A stretch of 64,000 nucleotides of DNA from Chlorokybus atmophyticus (taxonomy: Eukaryota > Plantae > Mesostigma and Chlorokybus algae): positions 599,379 to 663,378 of the forward strand of contig RHPI01000560.1 in NCBI GenBank assembly GCA_009103225.1. The letters run 5' to 3'. Positions within the stretch are counted from its first letter, which is position 1. The number at the start of each line of letters is the position of its first letter. This document shows, piece after piece, positions 1 through 13,302 of this stretch. The position numbers and the translations under genes are program-made. The notes under the pieces are model-generated. The model was not told where the DNA came from. It was given only the letters and a program-made list of their open reading frames with translations, and did no database searches.

Positions 1-251
1 ATTTTACAGCACTGGTTACACCTACTACGAATTTAAAGCAGAGTTGTTGTTGCTGGCCTGAACGAGACCCAACTGCCAGTCTTGGGTCAAATGGGCTAGA
101 GGTAAAGTGTAGGCTGTAATGCTGCAAGGCTTGCCACGGGATTTGTGGTTGCAAAGCGCGTGCCTGCACTTGGAGAAACAGGCAGGTTTGGCAGGCCATG
201 CGAGTCTAGTCAGTTGCCAAGCAATGGCCGGACTATACTAAGCGCAATGCT

Positions 252-3200
252 TCACTGTTGAGCTTGCATGTCTGCCTCTGCGCGCCATTCACCCATACTG
301 CTTTCGCTTACTTTGCTACCAGCTGACAGCAATCGCTGGTCTTGGCATATACTTTGGTAAGCTCCTGTTGTTGCTATCGCCGCTGAAGCAACTTGTTTGA
401 AGATAATCAGGGCAAGTTTTTCGTCAAAAGTTGTGGTTGTATCATATGCCTGTTTGAATTGCAGTGTGGTCATTGATTCCATTGCAACCACTACGACGTA
501 ACCACAAGCATTCTGATGTTATACCAGCTGCTCTGCTTGCATCTCAGCAGCAGGCTGACCCGGTACAGGTGTTTGTGCTGCACTCTCACTGCATTCATGG
601 CCGCGTCTGTAAGGTTGCGAACACCTGTCGCAGATGCGCTTCGTCTTGAATGTCTCAGCGTATGGGTTGTCCTCCACAGCACTCTTTTTCCGCTTCTTCT
701 TCTTCCGCTTGAGCTTGGTCTTCTTGCTGGATGACTTGCTGTTGTCCTGTGCTTCACTCGTGCCTGTCGCCTGGCCACTCTCATCAGGGTTTTTCCTTTT
801 CCTGCCCTTCTTCCGCTTCTGAGGCTTCTCAAGCTCGGGTAGCAACAGATTTGCATCCAAGGCATAGACCCGCATAGCCAGAGCTGAAATAGTGAATGCA
901 TGCATAGGTGCCTACAAAAAGAAGTGTGTCACTTGTGGTGTCAGCACGAGTACAGATGCCACGAAAGCGTGTTGTTACCTACCTGAGGTGACTGATGCAG
1001 CTGCCATCTTGGCATGAGCGCCGCATTGGTAAACATCCTTTCCAATAGCACCAGTGAAGCCGCCAGCTTGGAGACAGTAGTTGCACGGCGTGCAGCTGTC
1101 CGCCATGCCACTCTGCGCTCTGAAGACCCATACACTGCGTGTGCAACCTGTTGCATTATGCCTTTCGTCAGCGTCATACACTGCAAGTCTTCTGATTTGC
1201 TTGAGACATTCAGTTCTCCGCAAGCAGATTTACCTCATCCTTGAGGGACGCCTCAATGTTTTGCAGGTCCGCCCGTAGCTTGCCAATATAAACGCCAAGA
1301 ACGTGGCACCCTTCTGCTTCCGGTGTGTTCTCCGGCCATTCCTTCTGCTGCATGCGTAAAACTTTGGGGACCTCTGACTTGACTATGGACCTCTCCTGCA
1401 CCTGGAGGCACTGCTGAGCTCTGAGGTAGGCACCATGCAACAGCTGCCCTTCATCTCGCTTGCCTCGCTCATCCCGTGCCTGATGACGCATATCCCATGC
1501 ATTCAACAACTGTTCCACAACAAATGCATGTTACTCAGACATGTGTGGCCACCTTGAGAAGACTTGCATCTGACTGCCGCTCGCTGCCAGCACGCATGGC
1601 GCTCAATAACTGCTGCTCGAAGCGAATCAAAGCCTAACATTCATAGCAAGCACAGTTACAGCACGCCACTTGTTTGATAAAAAGGCAGGCAGCATCAACG
1701 ACCTTGCAACACCTGTACCTGGCGGAGTGAGCTTTCACGCAGCCCGCGAGGGTTGAGCCAGCCCAACAAGGCTTGCAATTGTTCAGGGGTCTCATACGCT
1801 GCCCATACACCTGGCGTGGTGGTGGCCTTATCATGTTGCAGCCAATATTTAGGTGCATTGGGTTTGTTCTGTATTGGAGCAGGTTCCACAGCTGTGTTGG
1901 TCTCAGCTGCCGTCTGTACAAGATCTGTAGCATGTTCTGCTGCAGGGAGTTGCAGCTGATGCAAGTCTTCTTGCTTTTGAGTACTGCCGATCGCTGTTCT
2001 CAATTCAGCAATAGCTTGCGCAGCTTCAACCACACGAGGGACAACCGTGATAGTCACAGGTTCACCAGCGTCGTCTATGCAAGTTTGCTGACACATCTGA
2101 TGTCGCTCTTCCACCAACAACTTTGGGCCATCGGGATAAGTCACCACCACGTACTCGCTACCCCATCGGTCATAGCCAACTCGCTCCCGCCGCACAGCTG
2201 CATGGAAGTGTCGTTGTATTTCCAGCCATGGCAACCAAAATACTGACAACGAGCAAATACCTGATGCTTGCAACTTTGGTAAGAGATCTGCCTTGATCTT
2301 GGCGAACTCCTGCTTGCTTTCTGCATTCTTGTCTGTTGGCTCTATGGTCTGGTTTTCTCGTACACCACCTGATGGATTCCAGTCATCGTTTTGACTATCA
2401 TCACTGTCAAGGGCCAATATTTCAGCAACATCCGCCTCCTCAAGCTTCACACCACTCCTGCGCCTGCCCCGTTGGCCTTTTGGCCTGTTCTCCTGCACAC
2501 TCACTCATCAGTTTGCCTCTTTCCAAGACTGATACTCCATAGTCACTGCAACGATGCAGTCAAGTTACACATGGGCGAGCGTACCTTCAAGACTTTTCGA
2601 TGAGATAGGTCGGCAGACCGTAGCTCCCGCTTGAACTCCAAGTGAGTTGCAAGGCTTTCATCCAGATGGATGCGCACGGCATCTGAGCAAAGGACTTCGT
2701 CGCACATCCAGAGCAGGAGAGCCAATCGCTGCTCGCAGAACAACATGCCTACATCAGTCGCATGCATTGAAGGTGCAGAATACAAGCGCAGATACTTACT
2801 TGTCCCACTGAAAGCTGCCAATACTCGCGTGCTGATATTAGTGCTATCAGCCATTGCCTTCTGGCTGAGTCAGTCGCCAGGCAAGGCTCGTGGCCGTCCA
2901 ACTGAAGAGCATTCTCTATAAACACAAACCACGCCATTCGCTGACTTGAAGCTATGTCATGTGGCAACACAGGGGTAGCAGCTGCATCAGGCAGTTCATT
3001 AACAGCCACTGCTGCTGTCTTTTCTGATCCTGTCTGCGGGATATGGAACGGATGCACCCCTGGTGCAGGGGTTGTGCTGACTTGTGCAGGCGGTGCAGCG
3101 ATAATCAGGCTTGCAGGGTTGTCATGTGCGTTGACTTGAACCAGACCAGGTTGAGCGCCATGCGTAGCAGGGGTTTGGCAAGCGTCGAATAGTGTTGGTT

Positions 3201-6200
3201 GGGATGACAGGATGCTCACTGGGGCCAAACTTGCCAGTGCCAGGTTGCTTGCATCCAACTGAGCAGCCTGAAGATTCATAGCTCCAGTCAAGCCTTGACA
3301 TTTTAAAACCCCAATACCGACACATGCGTTCTTAACTGACTAACTGCTTGCCTGACTGCCTTGACTGAAGCCATCCACGTATATGCCCTCAGGTTGGGCC
3401 ACAGGCTCGGTTGATGCTACAGCAGTTTCAACAGGGCTGGTCATTGCTGGTATATCTTCCTCTAGCCCTTGGTTCATCTCATCTAACCGCGTGCAGTTGG
3501 GACACAGCCATTCGCCCATTGGTACTTGTGTCAATGGTGGCGTGAGGCAATACAAGTGATATGGTTGGTTGCAATTGTCGCAAAGCAGGCTGCTGGTTGC
3601 ATCATCATCCCAACCACAAACCTGCAGTCAGCTCATCCGGATTCAGTTGCAAACATAGGGTTAAAAGGAAAGTGCAGAAACTGCTTAATCCTTCTGGTCG
3701 TTGAAGTTTCTTCTTAGCATTGAACGCAATACTCTAGAAATGTGATGGTTCACCTGACAGCTTTCAGAGGACCATGCTGCTTCAGGCAGGGCTGGCTCAT
3801 CAATGCAGCACGCTATGTTCACTGCCATTGGCCCCTTGGCGACATATGATACCACCTGTAACCAGAGTGCACAATGCAAGAGAGGGTGGGTGTAAGCCAT
3901 GCAAATAAACGTCACACAAGTTATTTCAGTCTGCGACCTACCAGCTCATCATACAGCTGCTGAAAATTTTCTAAAAGGCACCGGCAGGCCGGTATGTATG
4001 CAGCTTCTTCTTCCTCGTTAGCAAGTGTATTTTCCCAAAGCAGCTGGACCTAATCACATGCACAGCTTAGATGACCGCAAACATGCAAAAGGTTCACACG
4101 CCCGCTCCTTACATAACCCTTTGCGTGACTCTGTTTACATACCTCAGAGTAGAATGCTTCAGCGGAGGGGTAAGCGCCAGCGGCCAGTCGCGCATCTATT
4201 GTTTGTAGATCAACCACTATTGCAAACTTGCCAGGTCTGTAGCAGACATGGCCATCACCGTGCGTGCACAGGCGGATGCACAGGCGGGGGAAAGGAGGGG
4301 GGGAGGGGGGGGGTGACAAGGAGATGCTAACCTGCCATCAGCAACTCGGCAGAAGTCGCGTCCGCCATCCATGTTTGCAAGCTGCCTCACTACTACGCGG
4401 CAGCGCCGAAACACGCGCTGACGAAACACCTCATTCTGCTTGTGTTCTAGCCTTCTGTCCAGTCTCTGGCGGCTGGCACCTGTTGCCTTCACGGGCGTTT
4501 TGGAGTGAATGCCAATCATCGCAAGAGCCTGTGCGACGAGTTTCTGCGCAGTACAGATGTTAGCGCGTAATTCACCCACACAATCAAGTCCCAAAAAGGT
4601 CACCTTGGTTGGGCCACAGCCGTTATTCTTGTAGACGCCTTTGGCAATGGACTCCACGAGCAACAATCTCGCAGGCTCTGGCGGATCCATGCTGAGAGCA
4701 TCCTCAACTTTAGCCTTGATCCTGCTGCCATAGTTGGAGGCCATGTGTGCGACCTGACAGTGGGCAAGCATCAATCAGAAAGCTGTAACAAGTCCCAACT
4801 GGAGCACTGATGGTAGCTGAAGCGCCAGCTGTGCAAATCCTTCAGTTGGGCAAGCTAGCTACTTCAGCATGGTCAGTGTGAACATGCCTTGACGGCTCAC
4901 ATCTGTCAGCGCCAGGGCCCAAGCCGGAAGTGTCTGGTCAATGGGTGCAATGTCCTCAGCCTTGGCAGTTGCAGCTACCGGCGGTACTGCTTCCTCTGCA
5001 GCGATGTTTGCATCAACCCTATGTACCGTATCCTCTGCCTTGACGTTGGTGGCAACGTCGTCCAAGGAGCGTGGGGATAGCTTATATTTCATGGAAGGCA
5101 TATGCGCTTGCAACTGATTTTCAACGACAGCCAAACACTTGCTGTCGGCAAAGATTGCGCCACTCTGAAAGCCATCAACGGTCCGCAAGATGGTGCCACC
5201 ATCTCCTGACATGCAGTGCAACACCTGCATTCAACAAGAGCTGCTTGCAGTTCTTACGCAATTTGGAAAAAACAGCTACTTGCAAACGCCATGCACACAT
5301 GTAACACATGGCTATAGCTTCATACCTGTGTCCAGTCAATAGTTGTATCCGCAGCTTCTGCGGAGGAAACAACCAATTGCGCGATGAGGTACCGACGCGT
5401 AAGCTCCTGCCACGTCAATGCGTTCACAGGGCATCCTGCATCATTGTCCACATACTCCAGTGTTGCCACCTGCATCACAACGAGCACTTAAGAACGCATA
5501 ATACGCAATACAAGTCATGCTTTTTGTACAAGCTTGTCTACCTCAAGCTTCTGTAGAGCTGTTCGTCGCAGTTCAAACAAAAGTATCCGAAGCAATGATG
5601 CGTGTAGCTTTGTCAGCAAAGCCACACTTTCCAGCCGGCATGGGCTCAGCAGCATGTTCTCCAACTTCTCAGGGGTGGGCGGATGTCGGATCTCTAGTAA
5701 AGCAGCGAAGCGAGCACAACACTCCACAACCTGGACAACCCCAAGACGATCGATGAGCCAGATAACTTTGCATATGGCATGCTTCACAAACATGTTATTC
5801 AAGTGCTTGACCTGCACCACGTTGCCAACAAAGTGAGCTGGGAGCTTAGCGAGAAGCACATTGGCAGCAGGTGGAGGCTCCAGAGCTTGCGGCAAAGTCA
5901 AGTCCTCAGGATACTGCTTTGCTTGCTGTCTCTGTTATAAATCAAACCGTGCTGTCAGCAACAAACTCTGTATGGTTGCCATTAACCTGTCCGACTGAAG
6001 TGATGTAAAACACACACGCCTTGCAACACGCACATCACCTGTTGTCTTAACAGCTCGTTGGCTGCCTGCTGGGCTAGTCTAGCTTGCTGCCTTAGTGGCT
6101 GTGCTGGTATTCTTGCCACAGCCTCATCATTATGCTCAGGAAGCAGTTCTTGCACTTGCTCGACAAAAGCCTGCAGCATTCAAATATGCATCACTGCAGC

Positions 6201-7826
6201 AATTGCAGAGATTATGGCCACATACCAGACTGAATTTCACAATCACGAGCATGCGGCTCCCCCAAGTGTCTCACACAGCTAGCCAACACTTGCAATGTAT
6301 ATCAATGCATGCGCGGCCTTACCTCCTCTGCAGTTGAGTTTGGGTGCAGACCGCTCTCTTGCCGCCCATGCTGCTTGGCTAGGTATGCCAAGCGCCTCCT
6401 TTCACGCTTAACCTCTTCTGGAAGTCGCGGCCGGCCTGGCTTCCGTTTCACAGCAGAAGGTTCCTAACACAACTTGCACAATTAGTCAATACGCACATCC
6501 ACACTGACTGCAATCATGCGATATGCCGCTACTTCAGTTAAATCAGTATGCATAAGACCTGCTGTCTTAGTTGAGCAATGGCAGCCTGTTGAACCATCCT
6601 TGCTTGGTGCCTGAGTTGAACCGCTGCTGTGGACGGCAACTCCTGCTTGCAAGGAAGACGCACATGAGTTTGAACCAACTGGCCGTTGCAATTGTTTGGT
6701 CATGGTTGCAACTGAAGGTACTCAAAGACTCGTGCACTGCCCAACCTGGGGCTCAAGCAATGCACTAAGTGGTTCGAGCTGCGTTGCTTGCTCCATCTGC
6801 TGTGGATTGTCCTGCAATCACACAATCTATCGGTTCTGTTGGTGTGTCTAGTGGTGTATGTAAGTAAGAAAGCAACTGCTGGCTCAGACACCATTCCGTG
6901 TTAAGCAACAGTCGAACCAATGCGCCACCCTACTTCATGAGACTTACAATCACTTCAGCCTCCACTCAACTGATTTTCACTTACCGACTGGGATGAGGCT
7001 GCTGTGGTTATCGCTGAGGCGGCATCTTGCGCTGCATGTTCAGCAAGGCGTTGCTGATGTGCAGCTTCTGGATTTTGGCACTGCTCAAGCTTGACCTCTG
7101 CCTTGCGCGGTCGTCCAGGCTTGCGTTTGACAGTAGGTGGCTCCTGGCGCAGTAGCCTCAAGTGAGTCAAAACTTCTTTGCACACTTACAAGAGCTTACA
7201 AGAATAAACAACCACAGACTTGCAACCCAACTTATTCAGTTACAAGTCCATGCTGTGGTCCTTGCATTGGAGCGCACTACTGGCGACAAAGTGCCGCCTA
7301 GTGTCGCTGTGTACCTCATGTTGGCTGGGCTGGGCAGGCTGTGCTTGAGCTCGCTGTGCCTGTTGTTGCGTCAGTTTCTGCCGCTGTGCTTGAATCGCCT
7401 GCAGTCTTCGTTCAAGCTTGACATGCTCAGGCAGTGGGGGTCGACCACGTTTCCTTTTCATAGTCGCAGCAGCAGGCTCCAGGCTCTACACAGCATCACG
7501 TCATGGTTAGAACTTATACCAAAAATACATTCATACTTCTTGTGACAGTGAGCAATCAAGTCGACCAATGCAGTGTCCAATGAGTGCTCTCATGTGTGCA
7601 AGGACAGAAGAGAGAGGGTCCTGCTTGCCTTCGGTTCCAAGCCATTGTGCAAGTGCTGCTTGGCTTCAAGTGCTCTGCGCTGTCTCTTGAGCTTTTCCTC
7701 TGCAGACAAAGGCGGCCGACCTGGCTTGCGCTTGGCAGGCAGCGTTGGTTGTTGTGCTGTTACCTGAATTGTGCCAAAGATGTTGCTCACGACATGGCTT
7801 GCTTGGCCAATGCGTGTCAACCCCAC
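252..7826 (-). CDS. MBD9: Multi-exon MBD9-like chromatin protein (AT-hooks, DDT, bromodomain, PHD, WHIM1, WHIM2/3-WSD); 5' exons uncertain, may extend to ~8.6 kb
   Basis: Exon peptides in plant MBD9 order: DDT 'LPAHFVGNVVQV..ECCARFAALLEIRHPPTPEKLENMLLSP..LLTKLHASLLRILL' (5515-5901); bromodomain 'VDLQTIDARLAAGAYPSAEAFYSEV' (~4130-4240); PHD 'LPEAAWSSESCQ|VCGWDDDATSSLLCDNCNQPYHLYCLTPPLTQVPMGEWLCPNC' (3490-3800); WHIM1 'EQRLALLLWMCDEVLCSDAVRIHL' (2543-2854); WSD 'RRERVGYDRWGSEY' and 'WAAYETPEQLQALLGWLNPRGLRESSL' (1695-2504); KRKPGRP-type AT-hooks at 6.4-7.8 kb; GT-AG introns. Confidence 0.82.
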
Positions 7827-9105
7827 AAATAGAACGCTACCTCTTCAGATTTGACGCGAGCAGCAGCCTTGAGGCGCCTACTGATGTCATTGTTGCTGGG
7901 CTCATCAGCGGCCATGTTAGGTGCACTTGCTGAGAGTCTTGCAGAATACCGCAGGCAGCTTTGTTGTTAACATGAAAACAATCACCATGCCGACCAGCAT
8001 AGTTCAAGTGAATCGTTGCAACATTCGGGCGCTGTGTAACCAGTACACAGTACAGCCAACGGGCAGGCTAGTAACCCGATGTGCAAATGGTGCTTGTAGC
8101 GAAACACTGCAGCGCACTCGATGGTCTTCATGATACTCAAGCTGTTGACTTATGAAGAGGCATTAAAATCGCTTTGGTGCCCAGTGCTTTGATAAGCCTT
8201 GGCATACCACCACGTGCACGGTACGTAAGCTACACACTGCAGGCGCCTGCGTAGCACGATGCATTGCATGCGGTGAGGACACGACTGGCATGATATTACA
8301 TTGTGTGGCTGAGCTGCCATTGGCTGTGCGAATTGGTCAGAAAACAAGAAGTGATCATGATAAACATGGATGCTGCACAATTGGAGAGTGCATGCACGTG
8401 AACAACACCTCTAAAACCTGGATCCAGCATAGCCCATGCTGCACCGCCCTTCAAGGCTTTAAATTACAAGTCAACATTGATCTTACCTTGCAAAAACACA
8501 GCTTTCCAGCTTAGCAGCTATTGGCCCCCAACAAGACTTCAAAAGCTCCTTTGCCACAAGGTGAAGCAGCAGCTGCAAGGCCAGCTGCTCACAGCTGCTG
8601 CTTTCGCATTCCCCAGCAAAACAAATTAGGGTTTGTTCGGCACAAACAATGTTCCCGCGCTTGCCCACCTTGTGCCCAATCGCACAACCGGAGGAAGCGA
8701 GGGGCCGTCGAGAAACCCTGTGGACCCACCTCTATGGTATGGTAGTAAGGATAGAAGCTAAGAGAATAGAGGGTAAGAATCCCTCAGACACTTACCGAAA
8801 TAAGCGTTTATAAAGCTTAAATGATCAAAGGATCAAAGGACGCCGGTTGCGACCGGCAAACTCCGGTTGAGGACCGACAAAAGCGCGGAACTTGCGCGCT
8901 AAATCAGTCCAGCCTTCTGATAGGCTGAGTGATGTAAACAAGAATGGGGCCGTTGGATTAAAGTATAGCAGATCTGGACCGTCCAAACCACAACCCTACG
9001 TTGATAAGAAGCTCAAATACATGCATTAGAGTATGCAGAATGAGCACAACAACACGCACAGTGTCACTCACACGCGCATGCAAACATATATACAAGCAAA
9101 ACACT

Positions 9106-9503
9106 TGTCACGAAGGACTTGTATTAGTAGGGGTGCAACTTAAGCGACTGCTCGATGCACGAAATGACATGGAAATGAGACTGCCTTGTACACTATGCCT
9201 ATTATGGATCTTAAAAGGCCAAATGGCTATCAAATGCATAAAATAATTTTAAATAACAAAGAAACCTGGCCATAAAAGTAAATATAATCTGATGCATTAA
9301 AGAGCAAATAAGGAAAAAGGTCTATATACTTCCCCGTTAACTGGTGTGCTAGGGGGTAAGACCTGGCGCCTAGCCTCAGAGGGTAAGTCTCCAACGCTTC
9401 CAAAGGGGCGCGGCTTGATATGGAGGCTTTGAGGGACCTACATAGGTAGTAGGTCAGATACAGTGTGGGGCCATTAACTCGGTTAGTCCACCGGTTAGGC
9501 ACT
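9106..9503. repeat. 5' part of a diverged Gypsy-type LTR, homologous to 44777-45131
   Basis: Starts TGTCAC at 9106; ~9133-9503 aligns by eye with 44777-45131 (shared blocks such as ATATACTTCCCCGTTAACTGGTGTGCTAGGGGGT and TACAGTGTGGGGCCATTAACTCGGTTAGTCCAC). Confidence 0.65.
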
Positions 9504-9807
9504 TAGAAGTCCTCCCTCTTAAACCAAGCTCACCTGAGCGGTTATGTGTACAGTCAAAATTGACCGCGAGGCGTCAAAATAAGCTCCAAACCACGAGGGT
9601 TGGTAGCTGAACGCCATTTCAGAACCCACTCTTTTTGGTCGCCAACTAACTGCTTTCTAGCTACTTGGTGTGGCGAAAGTCCTGGTATATCAATCAGATA
9701 GTTTAACTAAAACAAAACTCTTACCGCGGACATGCCCCTTTGAAACCAGGTAGTCCTCGACAGGGGTCCGGCTTGAGGTCCCAAACCAGAAACAGCTCGA
9801 GCTGGGT

Positions 9808-10517
9808 TTGAAAACGCTCGGGTTCGATGGTTCCGGATCTCGGCGAGGAACCGGTTTTAGATCGCCACTCACGTGGCGTTTGCTATGCAGCAATGGTACG
9901 TCTGCAAGCCGCTCACACACTTCATTAACAAGGGGTGCCGCTGCAATTTCTAGTCTCACACCCAAGGGAGAGTCGTCTCCACCTCGCAAGCAATTACGGT
10001 GCTCGTATTGCGACATACGCAATCAGCATGAGACTAGTAGTTGTCCACACAAGTCCACCATCAGATTTAAAGATGTACTTGATGATGCACAAGTGATTAA
10101 TTTCCTCACAAGGGGGAAGGATGCATTAGCTGAAAAGCCCCGAGGTATCAGAAGAATGGTAATCAGCAGAGCCAAACGCTACTTTGTGAATGAACAAGGT
10201 TTGTGGCTGAAGTCAACCTCTACAGTTGAGAAGGACAGATTGATCCCTCCACATGAGACCCGTGCCAAGTTTATTGCGGATGCGCATGATAACTTAGGCC
10301 ATCGTTCCGCCACAGTGGTGTGCGAATGGCTAAGATAGCGATGCTTTGGGTACAAAATGGAGGAGGCAGTTAAAAAGTATGTAAAAACATGTATAGAATG
10401 CCACGCTAATGCTCTGAAAGTGCGTGAACCCGCACCACTCAAGCCAATCAAAGTGAGTGCAGCATTTGAGAGTAAGCACTGACCTCATAGGGCGTGTAGC
10501 AAGATCCAAGGGGGACA
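9808..10517 (+). pseudogene. N-terminal half of a Gypsy/Ginger-type integrase: CCHC-like knuckle, H2C2 zinc finger and start of the DDE core; truncated
   Basis: CSYCDIRNQHETSSC; 'AHDNLGHRSATVVCEWLR*RCFGYKMEEAVKKYVKTCIECH' (H2C2 with in-frame stop); then, after a frameshift, 'FE(R)VSTDLIGRVARSKGD' (first catalytic Asp region); no RT/RNase H upstream. Confidence 0.75.
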
Positions 10518-12510
10518 CTGTTGGTGCAACGTTATGCTAACTTCAATGTAATCAACTGCAATTTGTCATTTTTAATATATACTATATCAGTTGACACTAT
10601 GTGCAAGCTACTTGCAGTTGAGGCCAAGTTTGCGTTTATGTTCGATATGATACGCTATTGATGACTTAAGCAACACATCTGCGTGTTATTTCTTAACTAG
10701 TCAAAGGCAAACTCAGAGCATCTTAAACTTGCTAAGCTATGGCAATGTGCTTGTCACGCATAAGAAGCACGCCTCAACACCTCCAAAGATCTTTTTACAT
10801 AGGAGTGAGTTCTATACACATAAGGGCAACCGAAACAGCACACACAACGTCACAAACAAGCCAACTATATGTCCTGCTGTACAAGACTATCTCTGGGAGC
10901 AACAGTTATTGGACATGCTGACAGCAGCAAGGTAGTAGAACTCTATTATCATGAGCCTTCAAAGCGGCGAGGCATTGCCGGAGACTTGGCTTGCACTTGG
11001 GATGGAGAGTTGGCTTGCAGACCCAACCACATCCAAGTCTGGAAGGCTCGGTACCTGAGACTCCTGCTGTGATTCCTGAGGCCAGCACTGCTTGCAACCT
11101 TCAACATCTCGACACACACTGCAGCCTCGGATGTTGCGTGCCTGGGTTGTCTTACCTTGGTCTGCCATTGCCTGCTTCCACTCATCCGTCACGTCGGGGT
11201 GGTGGTCGGTGCATAGGGTCTGCTGGACCTCTTCCTTTCCTGTGAAGCGTGGAATGCACAAGTCGTGCAACTGCGTGGCACACCCAGCTGCGCCGCACTT
11301 GGTGGGGTGCATGCTATCTAAGTCAACAGTGATATCACAGTCAGAGACAGAACAGCCTTTCACAAACTGTGAGCGGCTCCCTGAGGCCACATCTGACTCA
11401 TTTTTCTTGTCATTTTTTTTCACATCAAGGACATTAGCCTCCTTGGGGCTGTTGGCTGTCAAATTCACAATGTTGCCGCTGCTGCTGATGGGCTTTGCTT
11501 CATTGGGCGAGGGCTCGCCTACATCGCCGCTCAGATAGTTGAGGTTTAAGAACGTATCCATCAAATCCGCTAGCGGATGCTGCAAAGCCTTTTCAGCTTG
11601 CTTGGCCTCTGCAGCAGCAGCATCATCCTGCTCTGCATCTGAACTCTCCTGCTTGTTGCTGTCGCCTTTGTCCTTGTGCTCATTAGCAGGAGGCTCTACA
11701 GCAGCTTCAGCATCCAAGTCCATAAATGCAGCGTTAGCTGGGGGGTCTGCCTTTTGCAACTCCTGCCACTTCTAATCGTCTGCCATTTCTTCCAGTGCCT
11801 CTGCGTAGCCATTCACTGCAAACAGACATGCGGGTTATGATACCTCCCGTAGCTGATCCTCGGCAATGCTCACACGTGTCACAACACAAGGCGCTTACTT
11901 GTCACAGCATTGGCCGCTGACTTAGACACCCACTGCTTCACTTTCTTGAACTTGTTGTCAACTCCAGCTTTTTGCGCAACATTGTCCTTAGTCAGCTATT
12001 GACCCAGCATTGCAAGGTGCCGAGCGGAGTTGTGGTTGAACCCTGTGAACATATCACGCACAATCTCCTTGGCTATGGCCGCATGCGTCTTGACTCGCGA
12101 AAGCGGCACAGGCGTCGCTGCGGGCTCTCCTGTAAGTGCCCTGTACTTGCTATCCAGTCCGCAGTTGTGCTTCTCGTACGCAAGCAAAGTGGTCAGCCAG
12201 GGAGCTGAGTTATGAGAGGTCCATTAACTCAAAGTGCACACTCTGCTTACTAGCTCCTCATAGGCTTTGCTAAACTTTCCGCAGTACACACTCAAAGCGT
12301 GGATGCAGGTGGGATCAGGGTCTACAAGGAATCTGCTGTACCCTTGCTTTAAGGCATATGTTGCACAGCCCGTAGCTCCAACACCAAGGTTTAAGAAGAA
12401 CATCTCCCTTGTGTCCTTGTGATAAGGCAAAGAGTCAAGAGCAAGCCTTCGGGAGAATCGCTGAGCTTGGTTGACCATCTTACTTTCAAACTTCGCCATT
12501 TGAGCGGTCC

Positions 12511-13302
12511 TGTAACAGACCACTAGGCCACAAAAGCACGAAGTGTGTTTTTGCGGCCATTGTGGCGTTATAATTTAATCGTCCGTGACATTCCCCCCCA
12601 CTTAGGTATCTAATGTCCTCATTAGATGTGAGTTTTTACAGGGCTTCTCGTCACTGAGCAGTGGAAGCGATTTTGCAATCATCACTGAGCAGTCGCAGCG
12701 CGCATTGCGCGTATGGGACCGACTGTCAGTCGCCGTCAGGCAAGTCGCGCAGTACTACCCAGCGGCGGCTCCAGGTACGCGCGACGCGTCAGAATGTCCG
12801 ACTGCCGTCCGGCAAGTCGCGCATTGACGCGCGACCCATTATGGATCGATAACAACAACCTCAAAAATCCTTCTTGGTCTACCGCTGCCAGGCGGTTTCG
12901 ACCTCAGGACCTTTTTGGTCTCAAGCTCCGATACCAATGTCAGGAGAGAGGGTGTGCCCCTCCTCCCTTTAATCCCCTACCCCAACACCACCACCAGCCT
13001 CGCCGCCGCCGCCGCCACTGCCGGGGCAGTTGCCAGAGCAAAAGATGCTCTGGCTATGGCGGCCGCTGCGTTAGCAGCGCCGCCATGCAGCTGATATCGA
13101 CATGAGACTCATGTCTCATGTCGATATCAGTGTTATAGTTAAGTAACACTACATTAGGGCCTTAACACTAGGTTAACGGCCCTAATAAGGCTTAATAGGC
13201 TGTATAATCCCGTCATCTTTCATCTTTTGCTCTGGCAACTGGGACCCTTATTTAATCCTAAATAAGGGCGGGGAACCTCTATGGAGGTAGCACACCGTTA
13301 CA
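12511..13302 (-). mobile_element. TRIM-like non-coding element with mismatched LTRs: chromovirus LTR (13302-12938), tRNA-iMet PBS, ~330 bp internal region, PPT and an 80-bp mini-LTR (12590-12511)
   Basis: Minus strand: LTR copy, then TTGGTATCGGAGC (PBS), then AATGAGGACATTAGATACCTAAGTGGGGGGGAA (nearly the same as the chromovirus PPT region), then TGTCACGG...GTTACA. Confidence 0.8.

Noticed and set aside
7900-8600. MBD domain exon of the MBD9-like gene
   Set aside because: Only a weak 'LPVGCTVYW' resemblance, in a frame with a nearby stop
10477-10530. CACTG terminus of a CACTA element, or a TGTTG LTR start after a PPT
   Set aside because: The first CACTG lies within integrase coding sequence (STDLIG..SKGD); no matching inverted end, second LTR or TSD was found (CAACA at 33967 has non-matching flanks)
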